From the UHGV virus genome UHGV-1558314: a DNA stretch of 64,000 nt. The stretch is one strand, 5' to 3'. Position 1 is the stretch's first letter, and every line of letters begins with the position of its first letter. This DNA is from a virus. This document shows positions 48,438 to 57,700 of the stretch, one piece after another. The notes below the pieces were generated by a model. It made no database searches. It was not told the DNA's origin and was given only the letters and a program-made list of their open reading frames with translations. The position numbers and the translations under genes were made by a program.

Positions 48438-49727
48438 TTATTCTTTTGGCAGAAGTTCAGCAATGCGTGACTGCAATTGCTCTTTCTGCTTCAAATAGCT
48501 GTCAAGAATTTGCTGATGAGCTGCATAGCCCTCTGATGTTGGGTCCATACTCTGCATTGTGACTTGAACTGCAGCAATGTCTGATTCGACATTGTTGAGC
48601 ACTGTCTGATATGCGTCGACTTGTGCAGATGCACGAATTGCAGCTTTCATTGCAGTGTCATAATGTTCGCGCCACATTGACTTGATGCATTCGATTTCTG
48701 GTGTGCTTACAGAAATTGACTGCAATGCTGCAATGAGTGCAACAATGCCGCCGTATACTGTAATGACGCCAGACTGAGTGTCAAGCATGTTGAAGTGATT
48801 GCCATCAACTGCGTATACAATGATAGGCGCAGATTGCAGCTTGACTGAATTGTCGAGAACTGCAAGCTTTGTGAACTGCTGCGCTACTGTAATGACTGCA
48901 TTGCAAATTGCCTCTGCAGTCTCAAATTCGCCTGCAACTTGCATGCTAACTTGATTGAGTTGCATATAAGTCTTGACTTTCTCAGCGAATTCAAGTGCAG
49001 TCATAACTTGCGAATCAAGCTCAACTGCATCTTGGCCAACAATGCGAACATGGCCGACAATTGTGTCAGCAAAGAATGCTTCAGTCTTTGGACAATACTG
49101 AACAAGAGACATCGCATCCATCAATGCAACAGATTCTGCAGATGGCTCAGATGCTGTAGCATACAGCAAATTACCATCAGATACAGTGAACCACTTGCCA
49201 ACTACAGGCAGACCCATGATGTCGCCTTCAATAATTGCAAGCACATGCTGGCAATCACCTGTAGCAATGATGTGCTCAGGATTTGCTGCATAGTAGATGT
49301 CTTTTGCCTGCTTAATGAGCGACTTCACCTCAGGGTACATGTCATAATTGTCAAGCACGCCATCAACTGCAATTGCTCGAATGATTGGCTCATCAGTTGA
49401 TGCAACATCTACTGCATCTTCGATTGCTGACGCAGCCCTTTGCATATTTGCAGAGCCATCACTCATCAAATCTTCCATGACAAGTGACGCCTTGAAACCA
49501 AAGCCATCTGCGCCAATTGCTGCTTTCTGTGATTTTGCAAATGCGCGTACAGCAGCATCTTTGCTATTTGCAGCGCTTTCCAAAATCATTGCAGCTTTTC
49601 GAAGAGTCAGACCAGACTTTTTGATTTGTGCAAGTGACTCATTGACAAAGTTTGCACCGCCAAAAGTCAATGCTTTGATGCCTTTGATACCTTGAACAAA
49701 TGCATCAACGTTTACAGTATGTTTCAT
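48438..49727 (-). CDS. Hypothetical protein (429 aa) with N-terminal FVNE site; candidate processed virion protein
   Basis: GGANFVNESLAQ about 27 aa from N-terminus. Confidence 0.75.
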   Translation of the reverse strand: MKHTVNVDAFVQGIKGIKALTFGGANFVNESLAQIKKSGLTLRKAAMILESAANSKDAAVRAFAKSQKAAIGADGFGFKASLVMEDLMSDGSANMQRAASAIEDAVDVASTDEPIIRAIAVDGVLDNYDMYPEVKSLIKQAKDIYYAANPEHIIATGDCQHVLAIIEGDIMGLPVVGKWFTVSDGNLLYATASEPSAESVALMDAMSLVQYCPKTEAFFADTIVGHVRIVGQDAVELDSQVMTALEFAEKVKTYMQLNQVSMQVAGEFETAEAICNAVITVAQQFTKLAVLDNSVKLQSAPIIVYAVDGNHFNMLDTQSGVITVYGGIVALIAALQSISVSTPEIECIKSMWREHYDTAMKAAIRASAQVDAYQTVLNNVESDIAAVQVTMQSMDPTSEGYAAHQQILDSYLKQKEQLQSRIAELLPKE

Positions 49728-49734
49728 AGTCTAC

Positions 49735-51225
49735 TTATGCCTTTTTAGATTTACGCTTTGCAGCAACTACGACTTCTGCTACGATAGCTTCTACAGTAGC
49801 TTCAGTTACAACAGACTTGTCTGCAACTTTTACAAGAGCTGCATGCAACTTGTAGTTGCCGACTTTGCTGAAAATGCACTTGAATTCTGTTGTTGCATTG
49901 TATTCTGCAGGTACTGCAAAACCACTGTCAGGACCCCATACACCACTATCTTCGAATGTCCAAGGCTGACCCTGTGAATCTGTTGCAGTGAATGTCACAT
50001 GACCATCTTCAGGTGCTTCTACAATTTCATATTGCAGCTGAACGCCATCAACACCAGCTGTGCCAACTACTTCAGTTGCAAGTGTTGCATTGATTGCAAC
50101 TTCTGTTGCAGGCTGAATGCTTGCAGGGACATCTACAGAAATCTTGTATTCTGATACTTCAGGCTGAACTGGCTCAGCAACAACTACTGTAGACTCTGTT
50201 TCAACAACTACACTGTCATCAGCAACCTTGGCAAGAACTGCATGCAATTTGTATGTGCCTGCCTTGCTAAAGATTACAGTGAACTTTGTAGTTGCATTGT
50301 ATTCTGCTGGAATGTCAAAGCCTACTGCAGGACCCCATGTGCCATTGTCGACAAACGTGTATTCCTCGCCAGTTGTGTCAGTAGCCTTGAATGTCACATG
50401 GCCATCTTCAGGTGCTTCGTCTACACCATAGCGGAACTGAACTTTGTCAACACCGACATCACCAACAGTCTTCGTTTTGAATGTTGCATCAAGCTCAACT
50501 TCAGTGTTTTCGATGATTGTTTCAGGCGCAGACATTTCAAACTCATACTCAGATACTGTTTGCACAGCTTGTTCAAGTTTGATGTTCTTTGTCTTGTTTG
50601 AAATCATAGTTTCACGACCAGCCTGGCTAACGTAGCCCTCTTTAGACACTTCCCAGACAATTTCTTCGCCTGACAAAACAGTCAACGAATTGCGAACTTC
50701 ACCATTCATCTTGACAACTGCATCTGCAGGTTCTACATTGATTGTCAGTGTAGCTTTGCTGAGCTCAACAAGCTCCACTACTTGAATGACATCATGGTTT
50801 GTGAGCGTGATTGTGCCCTCCTGAGATTCATAGCCCTCTTTCGACACTTCCCACTTAATTGGAATGCCTGCAGGCACATTCTCAAGCATCTTTGTAGCCT
50901 CACCATTGATTTCTACGTGAGCATCTTCAGGCACAGGCTGAATTGTGATGCTGAACTTATCTTTGCCAGGTTCAGGGTCTGGTCCTGGTCCTGGGTCATC
51001 ACCAGTAATTGCAGGGATGATAGTGTTTTCGATGACTTTCTGAGCTTCTGCAGTTGTGCCATAGAATTTGAGCGTTTTCTTGGCTTCTTCTACAGACATT
51101 TTCTCAAGATTGTCTGCAAGATATGTCAGACCAGTGACTGCAGCAATTTTCTGCCGCATTTCTGGGCTAATGACTACACCAGTAGATTTGACTACTGGAG
51201 CAGCTTGTTTTTGTTTCTTTGCCAT
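49735..51225 (-). CDS. Ig-like-repeat protein (about 496 aa); possible capsid decoration protein
   Basis: Two about 110-aa repeats (VSEYEFEMSAPETI...YKLHAVLAKVAD and VSEYKISVDVPASI...YKLHAALVKVAD) plus two shorter repeats; ATG at 51223-51225 (MAKKQKQ). Confidence 0.7.
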   Translation of the reverse strand: MAKKQKQAAPVVKSTGVVISPEMRQKIAAVTGLTYLADNLEKMSVEEAKKTLKFYGTTAEAQKVIENTIIPAITGDDPGPGPDPEPGKDKFSITIQPVPEDAHVEINGEATKMLENVPAGIPIKWEVSKEGYESQEGTITLTNHDVIQVVELVELSKATLTINVEPADAVVKMNGEVRNSLTVLSGEEIVWEVSKEGYVSQAGRETMISNKTKNIKLEQAVQTVSEYEFEMSAPETIIENTEVELDATFKTKTVGDVGVDKVQFRYGVDEAPEDGHVTFKATDTTGEEYTFVDNGTWGPAVGFDIPAEYNATTKFTVIFSKAGTYKLHAVLAKVADDSVVVETESTVVVAEPVQPEVSEYKISVDVPASIQPATEVAINATLATEVVGTAGVDGVQLQYEIVEAPEDGHVTFTATDSQGQPWTFEDSGVWGPDSGFAVPAEYNATTEFKCIFSKVGNYKLHAALVKVADKSVVTEATVEAIVAEVVVAAKRKSKKA

Positions 51226-51315
51226 AAGATATTGTGAATTTGGTTGTTTATTCTTAACAAAATATGTACATACAGATGCAACAGATGATATGTCAGATAC
51301 ACAAAGCTGCATAAA

Positions 51316-51355
51316 ATGACCAGACTTGCAAATAAATTTAAGCAAGTCTGGTCAT
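51316..51355 (-). terminator. Hairpin terminator downstream of polymerase C-part
   Basis: atgaccagacttgc aaataaatttaa gcaagtctggtcat. Confidence 0.6.
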
Positions 51356-51369
51356 CAGTTTTGATTGCA

Positions 51370-52662
51370 CTACAACAATGACGGCACTCGTTGAGTTTCA
51401 AGTGGGTCGCTGACATTGATGCCTGTGTATGCAACAAGTCGTTGTATTGGGCCAAGTACGAGTTTTTCGAACATGAGTCGTTTGTTCATTGGCGGCACAT
51501 CTGGCATATACTTCGGTGTCGGCATTTCGCCTGGTGCAAAGCCAAATGCATCGCAATATTGACGAGAGCCAATTGGGATATTTGACAAATCTGACTTTGC
51601 TCTGTCAACAAAGTAGTAGAACACTCGACCGCCTTCAATCAATGGGTATCGTGTTTCCAATCCATGAGCTTTTACAAGACGATTATGCCAACAACATGCC
51701 CTGTACTGAGGCAGTACACCTTTTGCTAACTGCCATTCGCCATCATAGCTTAACACATAGTCATGATACTTGTTTGCATTGACATATGCACAAAGTTTTT
51801 CCAAGTCTTGCTCAGCTTCAAAGCGTTTCCATAATTTCTGTATGAGCTTTGGATATGTCGCAGAAGTCAATTCACCTCTGAACATTTTTTTGAATGCATA
51901 ATCAAGCATTTGCCTAACAAGCATTGATGAGCCTGTTTGAATAAGTTCGATGCCCTTACCTTGAATATGCTCAGTAGGGTCTTCAAATACTCGACCATCT
52001 ACATATATTTGAGACTTCAAATACTTTTTCTTTTGGGCAAATAATGCAGTATCAGAAATCGTCTCAAGGTCGAACATTAGCACAGAATCTCCATGACGCT
52101 TTGCAAGGTCATTTGCATATGACCTATTGAACAGTTCTTCCATACGATATTTGAATATCGCAAGAATCAAGTCATACCAATTTTTGCCTGTGTAACCAAT
52201 TGACTTAACTGTCGGCTCAAAGTGAATGTACAAAGAGTCTGTGTCAATATACAGCACTTTGTCTTCATAGGGTTCTTGCTTTGGCGACACAGACAAATCA
52301 AAATTGCCTTTCAATTTGGGGTCATTGCGCAGCTTTTCATGCAATTCATAATCACACCACCATTTATTGTTGAGATAGTCATTTGCTACTCGTTCGCCAA
52401 AGTGAATGAAGTTACGCCCTTCTGCAGTAATTGATTCTGCAACTGCCATATTGAAGAAGTGATAGAATCGATTACTTGTCGCACCATAAATACTGTTCCT
52501 TAGTGTTTTGAACGTCACCTGCAATGACGCATGTTTAAGCGACTCTTGTATTGCAAAGCCACGTAATTCAAATAGACGCTCAGTAGACAACTGACTCAAA
52601 TCGCCAGTTAAATCTACTCCATCTATTTCAATTTTTGACATGTCTATCTGAGCTTCTGCCAT
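51370..52662 (-). CDS. Family-B DNA polymerase, C-terminal part (motifs B and C)
   Basis: FKTLRNSIYGA (KxxxNSxYG) and LYIDTDSLYI (DTDS). Confidence 0.9.
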   Translation of the reverse strand: MAEAQIDMSKIEIDGVDLTGDLSQLSTERLFELRGFAIQESLKHASLQVTFKTLRNSIYGATSNRFYHFFNMAVAESITAEGRNFIHFGERVANDYLNNKWWCDYELHEKLRNDPKLKGNFDLSVSPKQEPYEDKVLYIDTDSLYIHFEPTVKSIGYTGKNWYDLILAIFKYRMEELFNRSYANDLAKRHGDSVLMFDLETISDTALFAQKKKYLKSQIYVDGRVFEDPTEHIQGKGIELIQTGSSMLVRQMLDYAFKKMFRGELTSATYPKLIQKLWKRFEAEQDLEKLCAYVNANKYHDYVLSYDGEWQLAKGVLPQYRACCWHNRLVKAHGLETRYPLIEGGRVFYYFVDRAKSDLSNIPIGSRQYCDAFGFAPGEMPTPKYMPDVPPMNKRLMFEKLVLGPIQRLVAYTGINVSDPLETQRVPSLL

Positions 52663-52683
52663 AAGGTATCTTATTTAATTATT

Positions 52684-52712
52684 ATTGTACAACACACATT
52701 GCAATTTTGCAA
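52684..52712 (-). promoter_or_regulatory. Sigma70-like promoter (TTGCAA-N17-TACAAT)
   Basis: Plus attgtacaac at 52684-52693, ttgcaa at 52707-52712. Confidence 0.55.
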
Positions 52713-52726
52713 TATGTGTGTTAAAC

Positions 52727-52762
52727 AAAAATGCAGCAGCAGAACATCTGCTGCTGCATCGG
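52727..52762 (-). terminator. Rho-independent terminator
   Basis: aaacaaaa atgcagcagcag aacat ctgctgctgcat. Confidence 0.6.
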
Positions 52763-52801
52763 CAGGTATCTTCACATGTATTTGAGTTGATTACGATGTG
52801 A

Positions 52802-53629
52802 TTAGAATGGCAGGTCACCATCGTCACCTGCAGCGCCAAATTCAGCTGCAATGTCATATACCAACGTCATTGCGATTCGCAAATCGCGCTTCTTAGACTT
52901 CAGGCGCATGATATCATGACCAGAATTGTTTGTGATGACTGAACATTCAAACTCTTCATTGCCATCAATAAATGACAACATTGATTTGTGAATTGTGATT
53001 GGCGATAAATCAGATGGGTAATTTGCATCAATCACATATTCAAAGTTGTTGTTCTTGGCAATTAGTCCTCGTTCAGTCGTACGAATCTCAATGCCGGGCA
53101 ATTCCTTATCACCAGTATTCAATGAGCCATACGATGACATGATGCCAAAGTGATTTGACGTCAAATCGAGTTTTCTTAGATTTGTTGTGCTGTCAAACAA
53201 CATTGACATATCATTGTCAGACAGCTCAAAGTAGCCAAGTGATGGCATTGAACAAACCTGATTGATTTTGAGCTGATTGTTTGAGATTACAATGAGCTCT
53301 GCAATTGTATCTGTGCCAATTTGTTTGACATAGATTTCAATCATTGCAGATGAGCCAAATGCAGCAAGTACTCGATTGTTAAACTGTGTGCCGTTGTAAA
53401 TGAGCGCCTTGACTGTGACATCTTTGAGCGTCGACTCATAATGCTCACAAATATCAAGAACATTGAGCGTCTGTGATTTTACAAAGCTGCTGTTGCCAGC
53501 ATCAGTTCTGATTCGCTGGTCATTAAGTGAAAAGCTAAGCTTGCCATCGCACTTTAATGATGATGCAAACAATGCTCGCAGCATATCAATGTTTGCATTG
53601 CGTAACGTAATTTTGTTCAAAGTTTCCAT
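52802..53629 (-). CDS. Hypothetical protein (275 aa) with SSB-like acidic C-terminal tail
   Basis: C-terminus ...GAAGDDGDLPF resembles the DDDIPF SSB tail; body not recognisably OB-fold; function unknown. Confidence 0.65.
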   Translation of the reverse strand: METLNKITLRNANIDMLRALFASSLKCDGKLSFSLNDQRIRTDAGNSSFVKSQTLNVLDICEHYESTLKDVTVKALIYNGTQFNNRVLAAFGSSAMIEIYVKQIGTDTIAELIVISNNQLKINQVCSMPSLGYFELSDNDMSMLFDSTTNLRKLDLTSNHFGIMSSYGSLNTGDKELPGIEIRTTERGLIAKNNNFEYVIDANYPSDLSPITIHKSMLSFIDGNEEFECSVITNNSGHDIMRLKSKKRDLRIAMTLVYDIAAEFGAAGDDGDLPF

Positions 53630-53697
53630 CTTGTATCTATGTTGTTGATTTTCAATTTAATATATTGAACAACATTTGTTGACATTTTGCAACATTG

Positions 53698-54072
53698 TCA
53701 TCGATTGTCGCCTGACCCATGCAGTACGCCTCGTAATTTTCGAGACTGTAGTTTCTGAATGTTAAGCTGACAAATGTCAGTTAAGCTGTAGCCCAAATCA
53801 TGTGCAAGAGTTGCAGCATACCACATGACATCGCTAAGCTCTTTTGCGATTTCCTTGCGAATGTCTTCATTGTCAAAATCACCATTCTTGTCTCGAATGA
53901 CTTTTTTGACTTTGTCTGCAACTTCGCCTGCTTCACCCGTCAAGCCAAGCGTTGGATAGACAATTGCAGCTGATTTAGGATACACTGCGCTATCAAGTGC
54001 AGCAGTCTGATATTCATCAATGGTTGAAATACAAGTGTGGTCAATTACACCATGTTCATCTCGTTTAAGCAT
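53698..54072 (-). CDS. mazG: MazG-like nucleotide pyrophosphohydrolase
   Basis: LTGEAGEVADKVKK ... KELSDVMWYAATLAHDLGYSL. Confidence 0.75.
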   Translation of the reverse strand: MLKRDEHGVIDHTCISTIDEYQTAALDSAVYPKSAAIVYPTLGLTGEAGEVADKVKKVIRDKNGDFDNEDIRKEIAKELSDVMWYAATLAHDLGYSLTDICQLNIQKLQSRKLRGVLHGSGDNR

Positions 54073-54073
54073 A

Positions 54074-54565
54074 TCATTTACGTTTTTGTTTGACTCTTAA
54101 TCGTTTTTGCATAAATGCTCTTGTAGCTTCACCAAAAGCCATCTCGTCTCGTTCGCCACCACAAAGCTTTGCAAGCTTATTGAATGTGTCTTGGTCAATC
54201 ATTGTGTACGTTGAGTTGTTGACCACATGCAATGCAAACTGAATCAGCGGTGCGCCTGGCTGCAAGCAGAACGGCTCTTTGCCCGCATTGTACACTGCAA
54301 GATGAATCTCGCCATGATAGTCTGAATCTACAAACTCACTTGTTTTGATGATAAGATGATTTCGTGAAATGCCCGACTTATTGTAGGCAATCAATGCATG
54401 ACAGGCAGGCACAAGTGCTTTGATGCCAGATGGAATTGCAATGCCCTCACCAGGTTGCAGCATTGTTTGCACAAAATCATTGGGTATGCAAAAGTCCCAT
54501 GCGCCAGATTCTGCTGTTGACTTAAAAGGACTTTCTACATTTCTGCATTTTGCAAAGAATAACAT
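54074..54565 (-). CDS. dUTPase / dCTP deaminase superfamily protein
   Basis: GAWDFC (motif 1-like), IAIPSGIKAL, VDSDYHGEI (motif 3), PGAPLIQFAL (motif 4-like). Confidence 0.75.
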   Translation of the reverse strand: MLFFAKCRNVESPFKSTAESGAWDFCIPNDFVQTMLQPGEGIAIPSGIKALVPACHALIAYNKSGISRNHLIIKTSEFVDSDYHGEIHLAVYNAGKEPFCLQPGAPLIQFALHVVNNSTYTMIDQDTFNKLAKLCGGERDEMAFGEATRAFMQKRLRVKQKRK

Positions 54566-54588
54566 ATTAAGTATGTGTTTGTATGTTG

Positions 54589-54939
54589 TTAGTACATTTC
54601 TCGTTTAACAAGAGCTTTGCGTTTTGAGCGTAACCCTGCCCTATTACGTAATTCTACTGACCAATCACGAATCATTTGCCATGCAATCCCACCACGTTGA
54701 ATACCACCGTGCTTGAACATTTCATTGCAAATACCTTGAATAAACACCGCATCAGACTTTGTCAATGCGTCAACAATTTGACCATGGTTGTCTTCTGTCT
54801 TGACATCATTACAGAGCTTAAGTTCATCTACTGAAAGTTCGCCAAGCAGCTCATAGTAGTATATGAGAGCTTTGCGTGCGGCAATTGCTTTTCTTGAATT
54901 GCCAGAATAAGACAAAGTTACATGTTTGCTCATATTCAA
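54589..54939 (-). CDS. Hypothetical protein (116 aa)
   Basis: ORF track; no motif. Confidence 0.55.
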   Translation of the reverse strand: MNMSKHVTLSYSGNSRKAIAARKALIYYYELLGELSVDELKLCNDVKTEDNHGQIVDALTKSDAVFIQGICNEMFKHGGIQRGGIAWQMIRDWSVELRNRAGLRSKRKALVKREMY

Positions 54940-54959
54940 TTATTGTTATTATATGTTGA

Positions 54960-54988
54960 TATTGTACAACATGTGTTAACTTTTTGCA
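54960..54988 (-). promoter_or_regulatory. Sigma70-like promoter (ATGCAA-N17-TACAAT)
   Basis: Plus attgtacaac at 54960-54969, ttgcat at 54983-54988. Confidence 0.5.
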
Positions 54989-56175
54989 TGACCACAATCA
55001 TACACCGCAACATAGCCAGCATCAATCATCTCTTGCTCATCTTGTCCGCAATCTTCAATATGTTCTTTTGTCTTCAAATGACACCAGTGTTTGCGAATTG
55101 TTGACTTGTCATCTGACAATTGCGGATTGAGTGCGAAGTCAGTTGAGTCTACTGGTTCACCTGCAAGATGCTTTCTAATGACATCAATGACAACATCAAA
55201 TGGCATCCAGTCAAACACTGTAATGCAAGTGTAGCTGTGTTTGATAGCAAGTTGTGTTTTGTTAAAATGGTTGTCATATGGTCGTTGCCAATTATGATTT
55301 GCATTGAACACAATATTTGCAAAACTACGCGTGCTATTATGAGAAATAGTTGGGTTAAGTTCAATTAGCAACTTATGCGATTTGCAAACAATGTCATATG
55401 ACAATGACGTGTTCTCAAATGTAAATTCTTGCTCAAAATGCACATCAAGGTTATCAAATAGCATGTTAAGCCTTGTGCATATTTTTGTATTGTGTGCAGA
55501 CTTTGCTTTAGATTTTGCTCTGCATTGAGGCAATTGGCATGGCCACACTACACCATGACGTGACAATGTTGTTGCACGAATTGCGTCAAGATTCGTTGAT
55601 GGATTGCCATATCGAGCTATTCGAGTTTGCCTTGCTTTGTCTATATTGCCTGGGCCTGCATTGCCCCATCGCTGCAACTTTGTTTGTCGAGCTTGTTCAT
55701 GATTGCTGTAATATGGGTCTCCATATCGTTCAAGCTTTGTTTGCTTTAACTTACTCATGTCGCCAAGCCCATTGCCATACTTAGCACGCTTTGTTTCTAT
55801 GCCTTTCTTTAGATTGCCTCGTTTGTTGCCATATTTTGCAATGTTGTGTGCATTACGTTTTTCAATGTCACCAAACCCATTGCCATATCGTGCAAATTTT
55901 GTTGCTTGCGCTTTTTCAAAATTGACTGCTAATGTGCCATAACGAGCATACTTAGTTGCTTTGCCCTTATCAACGACTTCTTTACGATGCAATGCAGCTT
56001 CAACACCATATTTTCGCAAATTTGTAATTTTTGCATTGTATCGTCGTCTAATTGTTGCATGAGTGTTGTTACGAGACCCTGTTCTGACATATTCAGTTGC
56101 AGCAAGTTCAGCATCACGTAACTGCTCAAGTTCTGCAATTCGTTGTTCAAGTTCAGCGCCTACAAGTGGTTTCAT
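54976..56175 (-). CDS. Homing-endonuclease-like protein, paralog 5, between the two polymerase ORFs
   Basis: Seven about 17-aa repeats with (K/R)YG core; LLIELNPTISHNSTRSF ... SYTCITVFDW ... VAVYDCGH. Confidence 0.75.
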   Translation of the reverse strand: MKPLVGAELEQRIAELEQLRDAELAATEYVRTGSRNNTHATIRRRYNAKITNLRKYGVEAALHRKEVVDKGKATKYARYGTLAVNFEKAQATKFARYGNGFGDIEKRNAHNIAKYGNKRGNLKKGIETKRAKYGNGLGDMSKLKQTKLERYGDPYYSNHEQARQTKLQRWGNAGPGNIDKARQTRIARYGNPSTNLDAIRATTLSRHGVVWPCQLPQCRAKSKAKSAHNTKICTRLNMLFDNLDVHFEQEFTFENTSLSYDIVCKSHKLLIELNPTISHNSTRSFANIVFNANHNWQRPYDNHFNKTQLAIKHSYTCITVFDWMPFDVVIDVIRKHLAGEPVDSTDFALNPQLSDDKSTIRKHWCHLKTKEHIEDCGQDEQEMIDAGYVAVYDCGHAKS

Positions 56176-56183
56176 GTGTTGTT

Positions 56184-57689
56184 TTACAATTTGATTGCGC
56201 CTCTACGAGCAAGCTCTTCTTCAATCAATCGAACATGATTGTTAGAATACCAGAACTGAATTTTTTTGTGATAATTACGCTTGTCTCCAAGTTCTTCCTG
56301 TACTGCTTTGTACATGCTTTTTTCATGATTGTCATACAAGCAGTCATTAACGGACACAAAGTACTCTGGCAATGACTTGTAATGCGCAATTTCATCAGGA
56401 TTTGTCAGACGTCTGATAAAGTTATCCGGTGATACATTGCATGATTTCATTGAACTTGGATAGAGTGAATTTGCATCAACACAAACAACTTTATGAGCCC
56501 AATGGTTAAATGGTTGCTTCACAAAGCCACCTTCAAATGCATGCACAACATTTTCTGGACCGCCTTGAGCACATACGACTTTGCCACCATATTTGTTGTA
56601 CAAATATGTCATCATGACGCCCTCAGATTGCTTAACTGGGCCTTGACAGTGGTTCATATCAATGTTTGACACATTTGACAAGCCCATCACATTTGATATC
56701 AAGTCAGTTTTTGCAGCAATCATCGCATTGACCATCGTATCGACAGCATTATATGCAATGAACGTGCATGGATGATACAAATACAGCTCTTTAAGTGTAC
56801 AATCATAGGGCAGCTTACCTACACCGAACATACGATGTGCAATATAGTCAAGTCGCAATGACTCTTTTTGCCACACTGAATAGTCGTATGTGTCCATGAG
56901 CTGCATGTAGTCATCAATGTACTTGTGATATGGCATACCATTGCCCCAGACAGTTCTGCCAACTGGAGATGCCAATGCTAAATCAATATTGTGCATTGCG
57001 CATCGATTTTTGACATAGATGTTGTCGAAGCCATTGATGTTCCAGCCTGTCAATGCAGGAATGTTTTTGAAGAGCTTAGTCACCCAAAAATGCAACAATT
57101 CATGCTCATTTGCATGTTGAAAGATTTTGACAGTTGGATGTTCTTTCAAATACGCAGCAAAGCAATGTTGACCCATGTACTCTTGAATGATGCCATTGAC
57201 AAACTCAAATGCATCATCCAGTGTTGGGTTTTGTTTGCCACAGCTTTTGCGCAAATCATCATCATTCAACAAGTCAACAGTAGTCTGAATGACACAATTG
57301 CATTGTTCATCGCATGTACTTATTGCATTAATGGGCATTTCAGCTTTGTCAGGCTTTGGAAAGCCATTGCCAATTTCAGTCTCAATATCGTAAAAGTATA
57401 ACTTTGGTCTACGATAAGCAAACAATTCAACTTTGTCAGCTTCAGGCAATTCAAATAAGAATTGCAGCAAGTCAAATTGATTGAATCGTTTTGCTGTGAC
57501 TCGAGTCACAGGCAATTTGCGCCAATCTTGAATATCTGCATATTGCGGCTCTACATGGTCTGATATTTGCCATACTGGAAATTGATATGGCTGTTCACAG
57601 ACTGGGTATGTTTTGATGTCAATGCCACCTTGCTCATTAACGTATGAAACTTCAATGCCATGTGACAAATATGCTACGTCGACAATCAT
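56184..57689 (-). CDS. Family-B DNA polymerase, N-terminal part (3'-5' exonuclease motifs + polymerase motif A)
   Basis: LYFYDIETE (Exo I), NINGFDNIYV (Exo II), YNAVDTMV (Exo III), VCVDANSLYPSS (motif A); ATG at 57687-57689. Confidence 0.9.
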   Translation of the reverse strand: MIVDVAYLSHGIEVSYVNEQGGIDIKTYPVCEQPYQFPVWQISDHVEPQYADIQDWRKLPVTRVTAKRFNQFDLLQFLFELPEADKVELFAYRRPKLYFYDIETEIGNGFPKPDKAEMPINAISTCDEQCNCVIQTTVDLLNDDDLRKSCGKQNPTLDDAFEFVNGIIQEYMGQHCFAAYLKEHPTVKIFQHANEHELLHFWVTKLFKNIPALTGWNINGFDNIYVKNRCAMHNIDLALASPVGRTVWGNGMPYHKYIDDYMQLMDTYDYSVWQKESLRLDYIAHRMFGVGKLPYDCTLKELYLYHPCTFIAYNAVDTMVNAMIAAKTDLISNVMGLSNVSNIDMNHCQGPVKQSEGVMMTYLYNKYGGKVVCAQGGPENVVHAFEGGFVKQPFNHWAHKVVCVDANSLYPSSMKSCNVSPDNFIRRLTNPDEIAHYKSLPEYFVSVNDCLYDNHEKSMYKAVQEELGDKRNYHKKIQFWYSNNHVRLIEEELARRGAIKL

Positions 57690-57700
57690 ATTATTATCTT

